Source: Octopus bimaculoides | Lineage: Eukaryota | DNA length: 53,268 nt | Assembly (NCBI RefSeq): GCF_001194135.2 | Contig: NC_069003.1 | Location: 30,206,686 to 30,259,953 of the forward strand | Reading direction: 5' to 3' | Part shown: one piece after another, positions 35,491-45,690 of the stretch | Position numbering within the stretch: the first letter of the stretch is position 1 | How the letters are laid out: every line of letters begins with the position of its first letter | Notes under the pieces: generated by a model | What the model saw: the letters and a program-made list of their open reading frames with translations, nothing else | Database searches by the model: none | Told to the model about the DNA's origin: nothing | Made by a program: the position numbers and the translations under genes

Positions 35491-35735
35491 AGGTCCCCAA
35501 TGCCACAGGCTCGAACGTAAATCCAGCAGAGAACAATTGATATTTATCTAGCTTGTTTTTCTCAGCCTGACAAGCAGTGGAACCCGGGCTGGTAGCTGAC
35601 CTGACCACGCCATGTTGCTGCTGTTGAAGGTGTCACAGCACGTGTCATCCCAGATGAGGAGCCAGCCGCCACGGAACAGTAAAATTGTTGTACTGTCTGC
35701 TGGTCTTTTACTGTTCCCTCGGTGGTAGTTTATGT
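35491..35735 (-). pseudogene. Fossil RLE-endonuclease domain of a CRE-like non-LTR retrotransposon
   Basis: Minus-strand translation HRGNSKRPADSTTILLFRGGWLLIWDDTCCDTFNSSN, then frameshifted SATSPGSTACQAEKNKLDKYQLFSAGFTFEPVALGT; fits the RGDGKRPDG..WD.T..DT...AE..K..KY..F.P motif series. Confidence 0.75.
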
Positions 35736-35974
35736 GGGCAGCTCCTCCGTAATGACATTACATAAAAATGAAATACGAGTAAATCCAGAAGCTTATAAAA
35801 ACCTGATCACTAGCAATGTATAATGCTTTTATCACAATTCAGAATCTCGGTAATAATTTTATTGCTTAACCTAAATGTGTGCCAATAAAACCCTGCTGAA
35901 TCTGAGATCAGCAGAAAATTAATAGCAGCATAACTCAAATTCAGTTTGTTTGACTACGTCCTTGAAATCATAAT

Positions 35975-36172
35975 AAAACTGTGGTTTCAATTCCTGGACT
36001 GTATGATGCATTGCGTTCTTGAGCAAGATGCTTCATTCATTTCACGTTGTTCCAGTCTGCTGGTGTATTTTTTAAAGCGAGTCATCCTGCATTAGACCAG
36101 CATCCTGTCCAGGGAGGGAATATATACACCACAGAGTCAAGGAAACCAGTCTTGTGAGCCTGTGGCTCGGTA
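35975..36172 (+). mobile_element. S4 SINE (beta tail), 5'-eroded
   Basis: gtggtttcaattcctggac..gcgttcttgagcaag..atttcacgttgttccagtc..cagcatcctgtccagggaggg..ggaaaccag..gagcc. Confidence 0.7.
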
Positions 36173-37399
36173 AAACACTTTGGGTCCTTTTTTTTTTTTT
36201 TCCTATCCTTTTAATGTTCCCTTTTCCATGCTTGCATGGGTTGGATGAGGCTTTGTTGAGGCAGATTTGTCTATGGCTGGATGCTTTTCCTGTTGCCAAC
36301 CCTTTACTTGTTTCCAAGCAAGATAATATTTCCTCTTGTTTGTTGAACAATGAACAGCCTGGACGTTCTTTATCTTTTACTTGTTTCAGTCATTGGACTG
36401 TGGCCATACTGGGGCACTGTCTCGAAGTCAGGTTTTGGTTGGCCCAGGGCTAAAGTAGAAAATACTTACCCCAGGTGTCACTGGATTGCAAGCACTTGAC
36501 CCCATTTGATACCCCCTGTCCCTCTCTCCCCAGTCTGTCTGTCTGTCTGTCTGTCTGTGCGTGTCTCTCTCTCTCTGTCTCCTCTGCCAACTCTCTCTCT
36601 GTCTCCTGCCAACTCTCTCTCTGTCTCCTCCNNNNNNNNNNNNNNNNNNNNNNNNNNNNNNNNNNNNNNNNNNNNNNNNNNNNNNNNNNNNNNNNNNNNN
36701 NNNNNNNNNNNNNNNNNNNNNNNNNNNNNNNNNNNNNNNNNNNNNNNNNNNNNNNNNNNNNNNNNNNNNNNNNNNNNNNNNNNNNNNNNNNNNNNNNNNN
36801 NNNNNNNNNNNNNNNNNNNNNNNNNNNNNNNNNNNNNNNNNNNNNNNNNNNNNNNNNNNNNNNNNNNNNNNNNNNNNNNNNNNNNNNNNNNNNNNNNNNN
36901 NNNNNNNNNNNNNNNNNNNNNNNNNNNNNNNNNNNNNNNNNNNNNNNNNNNNNNNNNNNNNNNNNNNNNNNNNNNNNNNNNNNNNNNNCTCTCTCTCTCT
37001 CTCTCTCTCTCTCCCTCTCTCCTCCACAAATTCTCTCCATTCAAAAACGAAGAACGAACACAGTTCTAAGCACTGAGCCATTGTGAATTCCGTTGAATGA
37101 GTTCCGTTAATTAATTTTGTTAGTTTGATTTTCTAAGGTTTTCTGTACTTTTGTACGTGGCCAATCAGTTCAACAGGCTATATGCGAAACGACTTCTTAA
37201 TTATTTAATTACTAATCTAATTGTTTGGAATTATTTGTGCGAATATTTGCATAATGCACCACACAGTTGATTAAATATCTATGCATACATTACACTAAAA
37301 CAAATTGGTGTTACTCTGAATTCATATTCACAAATGATGAAAATAAATTTTACCAGGTGGGTGTTCATACATATTGTCGTCATCGTCATCATTGTCATG

Positions 37400-37570
37400 A
37401 CGATGATCATCATTTAATGTGCGTTTCTCTATGCTGGCATGGGTTGGGCGGTTTGACAGGCTCTGGTAAGCTGCAGGGCTGCTTTGTGCTCCGTCTCCAC
37501 TTTGGCATGGTTTTTTATGGTTGGATGTCCTTCCTGGTGCCAACCACTTTTCAGCATGTAAACGGTAAGA
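37400..37570 (-). mobile_element. S5 element, 3' part
   Basis: catcatttaatgtgcgtttctctatgctggcatgggttgggcggtttgac...ggttggatgtccttcctgg. Confidence 0.65.
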
Positions 37571-37767
37571 CCCCCTACAGCTGTGAATGACCATGGGATT
37601 GCACTTAAAAAGTTCCCTGGACACAAATCCAGGCAAGGTTGTTCATGGAAGACCAACAGTCGCCCATGCATACCAGCTCCCCTTCTTAATGCCACCGATA
37701 TTATCCAAGGAAAAGGCAAAGGCCAATACAATAATCCCTCACCATATCGTGGTTTATTATTTAAGCT

Positions 37768-37978
37768 TACACTTTATTTCACGTTGCTCCAGTTCACTCA
37801 GCTGTAGAAATGAGTCGTGACAATCCTGGTGCCAAGCTGTATCGGCCCCTTTGCCTTTCCCTTGGATAACATCAGTGGTGTGGAGAGGGGAGGCTGATAT
37901 GCATGGGCGACTGCTGGCTTTCCATAAACCACCTTGCCCGAACTTGTGCCTTGGAGAGTAACTTCAGCCATGACCGAA
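37768..37978 (+). mobile_element. S4 CORE-like middle joined to a third (gamma) tail
   Basis: acactttatttcacgttgctccagttcactcagctgtagaaatgagt, then ctttgcctttcccttggataacatc..tatgcatgggcgactgctgg; an inverted gamma tail lies at 37585-37732. Confidence 0.7.
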
Positions 37979-38439
37979 GGGGGTCTTTACATTTCACTGA
38001 ATAATCTGAATGCTAAAGGGTTAATGATATACTTTGAAGTAAATTCAGCTCTGAATTGTGCTAAAAACCCCTTTAATGAATAAAAGAACAAAGACAAAAA
38101 AGAAATTAGTAACACCAAGTCCTGCTGGCAGTTTCCCACTTATTTTCAATCTAAGGAGTTATTAACTCTATAAGCTGATACTTAGAGCTAAATTCACTTT
38201 GAAGTACATTGTTAATAGAGGCTTATTTACATATTTCTTTTTGGTTCTACTGTTTTATTCTGAATCTGAACAGAATTATTAATAAATTCCAAATGCAATT
38301 TTCTCCTTTAGTTTTGTGAATAACAGTATTCATTCAGTAACCAATGTTCAAAGACTTCATTAGTCGTCTACGCTTTAGGCCTTTAGCGTTCATAGTATTC
38401 TGTGAAAGGTATTACTTGCTTAGTCACTTTGTTTCAGTT

Positions 38440-38555
38440 TAATCATGCATTATCTTATAGCTCTGAGATTTCCATGATGTGAGTGTTTATTTTTAGGATG
38501 TCGTTGTAGGGTAAGGTATGAAAGGTCAGATCAGGTTTGAACATAAAGCAGGGAG
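38440..38555. mobile_element. MITE-B internal fragment
   Basis: atcatgcattatctt.tagct..ttatttttaggatg..gtagggtaagg..gtttgaacataaa matches 29852-29874 and 30020-30055. Confidence 0.6.
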
Positions 38556-38589
38556 ATGCCAGAGCAGCTGTCTGGCTTCCATAAATTTC

Positions 38590-38729
38590 ACCATTTGAGC
38601 GTAATCATTACCAGCTTTGCCTTCTAGCACTTATGCTGGTGGCACATTAGAAAACCATTCGAGCGAGGTCGTTGCCAGTGCCGCTGGACAGGCTCCCGTG
38701 CAGGTGGCACATAAAAAACACCTTTTTGA
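38590..38729 (+). mobile_element. S5 module array truncated by a gap
   Basis: caccatttgagcgtaatcattac..gctggtggcacattagaaaaccattcgagcgagg..gtgcaggtggcacataaaaaacacc. Confidence 0.75.
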
Positions 38730-39380
38730 NNNNNNNNNNNNNNNNNNNNNNNNNNNNNNNNNNNNNNNNNNNNNNNNNNNNNNNNNNNNNNNNNNNNNNN
38801 NNNNNNNNNNNNNNNNNNNNNNNNNNNNNNNNNNNNNNNNNNNNNNNNNNNNNNNNNNNNNNNNNNNNNNNNNNNNNNNNNNNNNNNNNNNNNNNNNNNN
38901 NNNNNNNNNNNNNNNNNNNNNNNNNNNNNNNNNNNNNNNNNNNNNNNNNNNNNNNNNNNNNNNNNNNNNNNNNNNNNNNNNNNNNNNNNNNNNNNNNNNN
39001 NNNNNNNNNNNNNNNNNNNNNNNNNNNNNNNNNNNNNNNNNNNNNNNNNNNNNNNNNNNNNNNNNNNNNNNNNNNNNNNNNNNNNNNNNNNNNNNNNNNN
39101 NNNNNNNNNNNNNNNNNNNNNNNNNNNNGTGGTTTGCTGTGATGCTCTTATGGTTACAGTGTTTTGTCAAACCTCCATTTATACATTCACTCTCTCTCTT
39201 TCTCTCTTTCTCTTTCATACACACACACACACACACACCTTTCTTCTCCACCCACCTTTATCTCTCATATCTGAAAGCAGATAATAAACCTGTATAATAT
39301 TATTAGTTCTATATCATTAACTTCCAATTGTGATCCTATTTAAGTGATTCTTGGTTTTGTTGAGCCACTCTCTGTAATTC

Positions 39381-39732
39381 TATTATTATTATTGTTCAGT
39401 AGTTTTATTTTTATAACGTGCTTTCACTTCACTACCGGGCGCAGCTCTGTGTGCCTTTGGTATGTGCTGTGGTTTGCTGTGATGCTCTTATGGTTACTGT
39501 GTTGAAAGTGTTTTGCGTAGGATGTGTGTAGTGCCCAGTAGTGCAATTTTCTGTATGTTATATATATTTGTAAGTCCTGGTGTTTTTGTTATGTATTTAT
39601 CTGAATATTTTTTTTATTATACCTAAGGTGCCTACTATGATAGGAATTGCTTCTGTTTTTAGATTCCACATTCAAGTTACCTCTTTTTCCAGGTCTTTGT
39701 ATTTTGAAAGTTTTTCCATTTCTTTTAGTGAA

Positions 39733-39735
<3 letters not shown>
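39381..39735 (-). pseudogene. 5'-truncated R4/Dong-clade RLE LINE: ORF C-terminus, 3' UTR and (TAA)n tail
   Basis: Minus strand: ISLKEMEKLSKYKDLEKEVT*MWNLKTEAIPIIVGTLGIIKK / (frameshift) YSDKYITKTPGLTNIYNIQKIALLGTTHILRKTLSTQ*; stop at 39494-39496; TTA repeats on both sides. Confidence 0.85.
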
Positions 39736-39775
<40 letters not shown>

Positions 39776-39919
39776 TACATTTGTATAAATTTGTATAGGT
39801 CTGCTTTTATGTATTGTGTGTGTATGCATGCATATCTATCTATCTATCTATCTATCTATCTGTCTGTCTGTCTGTCTGCCTGTCTGTATGTATGTATGTA
39901 TGTATGTATGTATGTGCAA

Positions 39920-40050
39920 ATGTGGCTGTGTGGTAAGAAGCTTGTTTGCTAACGACATGCTTTCGGGTTTAGTCCCACTGTGTGGCACGTTCGGCAAGTG
40001 TCTTCTACTATAATCTCAGACTGACAAAAGCCTTGTGAGTGGATTTGGTG
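39920..40050 (+). mobile_element. S1 SINE, 5' part
   Basis: gtggctgtgtggtaagaagc..gggtttagtcccactgtgtggcac..caagtgtcttctactata..aaagccttgtgagtggatttgg. Confidence 0.8.
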
Positions 40051-41349
40051 AACAGAAATGGTCTAGGAATTGAACTCACTACCTCATGAGTGTGAGCCTG
40101 GCACTCTAACCACAGAGCCATGTGCCATCACTAAAAAAAAGAAATCCCTTTCTAAAGAATTCTCTCTGAAGAAAAAAAAAATCTAAAAGCCAAAACAAAA
40201 GCCCCACTCCATAAATGCCCACCCATCCAAAATGTTGGTAAAATAATGAGTGTCTTGATTAGTGGAGATGTTAATTTATCAGTGAAATTTTTAGTTTTTT
40301 TTTCCTTTTTATGGTGGTGAGGTCCTATCTATCCCCACCCCCTCTGTCTGTCTCTCTCTGTCTCTTTATGTGTGTGCCTTTTTTTTTTTTGCATCTCCTC
40401 ATTTTTGTTGCTCCTCCCCCTCATCCTGTTTTTATTTCTTTTTTATGTTTTTTTTTTTGTTTTTATTTGTTATTACCGTTGGCACGTGTTAAACTGTTGT
40501 AATCTTAATTTAGTGTCTGATTTAAAAAAGTTAAAGGGGGGGGGNNNNNNNNNNNNNNNNNNNNNNNNNNNNNNNNNNNNNNNNNNNNNNNNNNNNNNNN
40601 NNNNNNNNNNNNNNNNNNNNNNNNNNNNNNNNNNNNNNNNNNNNNNNNNNNNNNNNNNNNNNNNNNNNNNNNNNNNNNNNNNNNNNNNNNNNNNNNNNNN
40701 NGCGCGAGAGGGGTGGAGTGATAGTCGTGGTGTGTCAGCCAGCCTCGGGGATCCTCACAACGCACACACACACACGCACACACACTCTCTTTCTTCCTCT
40801 CTCTTGCACACGCACACACACACACACACTTTCTCTTGCATACACACATGCATACATATATACATATTCACGTTTATAAATACACACATACACAGCACAC
40901 TTCATGTAGTTGAAGAAGATAAGTTACGCTCACAGAGGAATTTTCGAAGGAAATTATTTTTTTTTTATCACTATTTCTTGTGTATTAAAATAAAAGATAA
41001 AGTCTACCTTAAGAGCCCATACCCTCCCCCATCCCCACCTGTCTCATCATTTATAGAAAATATTTTGGTTTGTGTATGTATTTGTGTGTGTGTGTGTGTG
41101 TGTGTGTTTTCATTCCCTAAAAGTGCAAAGTGCTAAACCTTATCATTATTAACAACATACTTGTTAGAAATGGAAGTAAAAATTTCCTCCCCTTCCAATC
41201 ATGCCCTTCCATAAAAAATAATGTAAAATCATCATCATCATCATCATCGTTTTAACGACCACTTCTCCGTGCTCACATGGGTTAAGGAATTTGTTGCAGG
41301 TTATCTCGTCAAGCCAAGTAAAATCACAGTTGTGGCAGATACTGGTGTC

Positions 41350-41525
41350 ATGCAAATGGCACCCGTGCCAGTGGCATGTAAGAGCACCCGTTACACTCTC
41401 GGAGTGGTTGGCGTTAGGAAGGGCATCCAGTCGTAGAAAACCATGGTGCAGCCTTCCAGCATGCCAGCCCTGGTCAAACCATCCAACCCATGCCAGCATG
41501 GACAACAGACGCTAAATGATGATGA
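41350..41525 (+). mobile_element. S5 element variant
   Basis: gtgccagtggcatgtaagagcaccc..acactctcggagtggttggcgttaggaagggcatccag..aacccatgccagcatgg..gatgatgat. Confidence 0.8.
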
Positions 41526-41739
41526 TGATAGTGATGAATGCTCTTCCTGTTGCCAAACCTCAGCTGAGCTGGCAGAACCATTAGTGCATCAGATTAGAAT
41601 GCATATCAACATTTTTTTTTTTCTGGCACTTTTACACTTTGAGTTCAGATCATGCTGAGGTCAACTTTTCCTTGCATCCTTTGAGGGTCGATAAAATATG
41701 AACCTGCTGGCCTTATGCCAAAATTTGAAACCATTGCTA

Positions 41740-41782
<43 letters not shown>

Positions 41783-41889
41783 CATCATTATCATTAACAG
41801 CAGCAGCAACATCATCTTTATTCCACTCACTAAAGTATCACACGCACTTTTCCATAAATTGATTCCCAAAAGTAAAAACTGTTGCAATG

Positions 41890-41925
<36 letters not shown>

Positions 41926-41934
41926 GTAATTACT

Positions 41935-42090
41935 ATGTTTGGCACAAGGCCACTTGATATTTTGGGAGAAAGTTCCAGTTGATTTTTATCAACCCCTGTT
42001 ATTTGGCTCAGTTCTTGTTTATATTATTAATTCTCAAAGGATGAAAGGCAAAAACGACTTTGGCAGAATTTGAACTTAGAACACAGGCAT
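41935..42090 (-). mobile_element. S2 SINE fragment
   Basis: tttggcacaaggcc..tttgggag..aaaggatgaaaggcaaaa.cgactttggcagaatttgaacttagaac. Confidence 0.65.
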
Positions 42091-42104
42091 AACTTATATC
42101 AAAG

Positions 42105-42470
42105 TTGCAGGCATGGCTGTGTGGTAAGAAGCTTTCTTTGCTTGCACATGGTTCTGGGTTCAGTCCCACTGCGTGGCACTTTGGCCAGGTGTCTTCTACT
42201 ATAAACCTTGGGCCGACCAAAGCCTTGTGAGTGGATTTGGTTGGCAGAAACTGAAAAAAGCCCATCGTGCATGTGTGTATGTATATTTTGTTTGTGTGTA
42301 TATTTTTATCCTTTTACTTGTTTCAGTCATTTGACCCCAGGGCTTATTCTTTGTAAGCCTAGTATTTATTCTATCGGTCCCTTTTGCCGAACTGCTAAGT
42401 TACAGGGATGTAAACACACCAATGTTGGTTGTCAAGCAATGGTGGGGGGACAAACACAAACACACAAACA
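42105..42470. mobile_element. S1 5' half (+, 42105-42290) abutting S1 3' half (-, 42305-42470)
   Basis: The orientation of the S1 blocks switches within the central TG tract. Confidence 0.75.
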
Positions 42471-42559
42471 TACATACCAGTTATACACTGGGTTGATGTA
42501 ATCAACCTATCCCCTCCCCCAAAATTTCAGGCCTTGTGCCTATAGTAGAAAGGATTGTT

Positions 42560-42930
42560 ATTAAGGTGGCACACTGGCAGAATCTTTAATACACTGGACG
42601 AAATACTTAACGGTATTTCACCTGTTGCTACATTCTGAGTTCAAACTCCACCAAGGTGGTCTTAGCCTTTCATCCTTTCAGGGTTGATAAATCAAGTACC
42701 AGTTGAATACTGGGGTTGATGTAATCGACCCATCCCCAGAATTGCTGCCTTTGTGACAAGTCGGTTACATTGACCCCCAGTGTTTAACTGGTACTTATTT
42801 TATCGACCCCAAAAGAATGAAAAGCAAAGTTGACCTCGACAGAATTTGAACTCAGAATGTCGCGACGGGTAAAATACCGCTAAGCATTTTGCCTGGCGTG
42901 CTAACGAACCTGCCAGTTCACTGCCCTATA
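42560..42930. mobile_element. Tail-to-tail inverted S2 pair (+ 42560-42745, - 42765-42930)
   Basis: ttcatcctttcagggttgataaatcaagtaccag on + and ctggtacttattttatcgaccccaaaag (its reverse complement) about 100 bp later. Confidence 0.8.
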
Positions 42931-43030
42931 GTAATAACAACGATGATAATAATGATGATGATAATAATAATGAAATCTCTCTCAAATAATTAACGATTAT
43001 AGCAAGTGCCATTCATAAAAGTATAGAACC

Positions 43031-43061
<31 letters not shown>

Positions 43062-43066
43062 GCATC

Positions 43067-43151
<85 letters not shown>

Positions 43152-43422
43152 CTGTTGGTGTTACATTTCAGTGTTGTGTTCTGCAGATTATAATGTACCG
43201 ATAAGGAAAATTAAATTACCAAAAAAATGTACTTTAATTGGAGATGAGCTGACATCTTCAGTTTTTGTAATCTGGGTGGTGGTGGTGGTGTTTAGCCCCA
43301 GGTCAGTCCTGTTACAGGAGACCTGTGATAGAAGGCTTTCCTACCATGGTCATTAGATTTCCACACCTACCAAATAAACTCCGTTGTTCTCGCTTTTATT
43401 TTAGCTGTATATCAGCCTTGTG

Positions 43423-43809
43423 TGGAGGCGCAATGGCCCAGTGGTTAGGGCAGCGAACTCGCGGTCATAGGATCGCGGTTTCGATTCCCAGACCGGGCGT
43501 TGTGAGTGTTTATTGAGCGAAAAACACCTAAAGCTCCGCGAGGCTCCGGCAGGGGATGGTGGCGAACCCTGCTGTACTCTTCCACCACAACTTCCTCTCA
43601 CTCTTACTTCCTGTTTCTGTTGTACCTGTAATTCAAAGGGTCAGCCTTGTCACATTGTGTCACGCTGAATATCCCCGAGAACTACGTTAAGGGTACACGT
43701 GTCTGTGGAGTGCTCAGCCACTTGCACGTTAATCTCACGAGCAGGCCGTTCCGTTGATCGGATCAACTGGAACCCTCGACGTTGTAAGCGACGGAGTGCC
43801 AACAACAAC
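43423..43809 (+). mobile_element. S3 SINE (alpha tail), full length, 14-bp TSD
   Basis: TSD atatcagccttgtg at 43409-43422 and 43810-43823. Confidence 0.95.
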
Positions 43810-43820
43810 ATATCAGCCTT

Positions 43821-43940
43821 GTGAAAGTGCATGGCTTAATGGTTAGAGCACTGGGCTCATAATCATGTGGTAGTGAGTTCAATTCCTGGACCGGGTTGTG
43901 TGTGTTGTGTTCTTGAGCAAGACACTTTATTTCACAGTCA
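43821..43940 (+). mobile_element. S4 head and partial CORE-like middle
   Basis: gtgaaagtgcatggcttaatggttagagc..gagttcaattcctggaccggg..ttcttgagcaagacactttatttcac. Confidence 0.75.
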
Positions 43941-43949
43941 ACTACATCC

Positions 43950-44490
43950 TTTGATTGCTTTGAAAAACAATGGTATTAACACTCCTAGATTCCCTTAATT
44001 CCTTCTGAATTACATGTGACTTTTTCATTTATTATTAAACGTAAGTACAAGGCTAGATATGTTGTAGGCAGTGTATGCTCAATTATATCAACCCAAGTTC
44101 ATGACTGGTACCATATTTTATTAATCTTCTCCCTCTGGAATGATGACTGCCAAAATTAATCTTAGAATTTGAGATGGTTCCCCTAATGATGTTTGAAAAT
44201 GCAGTGTAAAATGATTCATGCACAAATCAAAAGTATTTTGTACAAGGAAAAAAAATCAATTATATTATTTGATTTCTTTGAAAAATGATGGTATTAACAC
44301 TCCCAGATTCCCTTAATTCCTTCTGAATTGCACTCAACTTTTTTTTTCCCAGTCTTAGGAACACCTTTTTTGATTCAGGAGTTTGATTATTAAACATACG
44401 TGCAAAGCTAGATATTTTGATGGTGGCATATGCTTAATTTTATCAACCCAAGTTCATGACTGGTATCATATTTTATTAACCTTCTCCCTC
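43950..44490 (+). repeat. Diverged direct duplication (about 43950-44140 and 44270-44490)
   Basis: Shared atggtattaacactcc.agattcccttaattccttctgaatt and atcaacccaagttcatgactggta.catattttattaa.cttctccctct. Confidence 0.88.
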
Positions 44491-44502
44491 TAAAACGATG
44501 GC

Positions 44503-45045
44503 TTGTTTCAGTCATTTGACTGCGGCCATGCTGGAGCATGCTGCTACCTTAAACGGTTTTAATCAAACAAATCAATCTCTGGGCTTATTTTTGAAAAGCT
44601 CAGTACTTATTCTATCAGGTGGTTTTGTTGAACTGCTAAGTTACGGGGACATAAACACACCAACACCGATTATCAAGTCCTGGGGTCAGTTTGTTTGACT
44701 AAAGGCAGTGCTCCAGCATGGCCACAGTCAAAATGACTGGAACAAGTGTCTTCTACTATAGCCTCGGGCTGACCAAAGCCTTGTGAGTGGATTTGGTAGA
44801 TGGAAACTGAAAGAAGCCCGTCGTATATATATATGTATATGTGTGTGTTTGTGCGTCTGTGTTTGTCCCCCAACATCGCTTGACAACCAATGCTGGTGTG
44901 TTTACATCCCCATAACTTAGCGGTTCGGCAAAAGAGACCGATAGAATAAGTACTAGGTTTCCAAAGAATAAGTCCTGGGGTCGATTTGCTCGACTAAAGG
45001 CGGTGCTCCAGCATGGCCACAATTAAATGACTGAAAAGAGTAAAA
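44503..45045. mobile_element. S1 cluster: minus 3' half (44503-44675), plus 3' end, plus 5'-truncated copy (44743-45045)
   Basis: S1 blocks in both orientations; junction at CAAGT, 44743-44747. Confidence 0.8.
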
Positions 45046-45395
45046 AGAGTATATATATAATCCCTTTATATTTCCAGCTTACTGGTTCCATAACAGAAAG
45101 TACCGGTTATATACCAGGCTCAATTCAGTTTATGATAACCTGCTCTCATACACTTCTGAAGAGCTATATGAATGTGAGATGTTTACATTTTGTGTGTGTG
45201 TGTGTGTGTTTGTATTGGCATGGGTGTGATTGTGTATGTGTGTGAGTAAAAAGTTAAGCAGTCCCCCTCTACACACACACACACACACACACTGAGTTAT
45301 TTATTTTTTAAATCTTTTTCTTTTAATTAATTACCTATTAAGCTTCCTTCCATATGTTGCTTCAAATATTTCCTCTAGGAATATATAGACATATA

Positions 45396-45443
<48 letters not shown>

Positions 45444-45466
45444 CGTGTGTAATGTGTATATATATA

Positions 45467-45534
<68 letters not shown>

Positions 45535-45658
45535 CACATATTTATGTACACACACAGACACACAGATGCATGCACATATTTGTGTGTGTGTGTGTGTATA
45601 TACCTATATATGGGTGTCTATGTATGTATTTGTATCACTCTCTCTCTCTCTCTCCATG

Positions 45659-45690
<32 letters not shown>

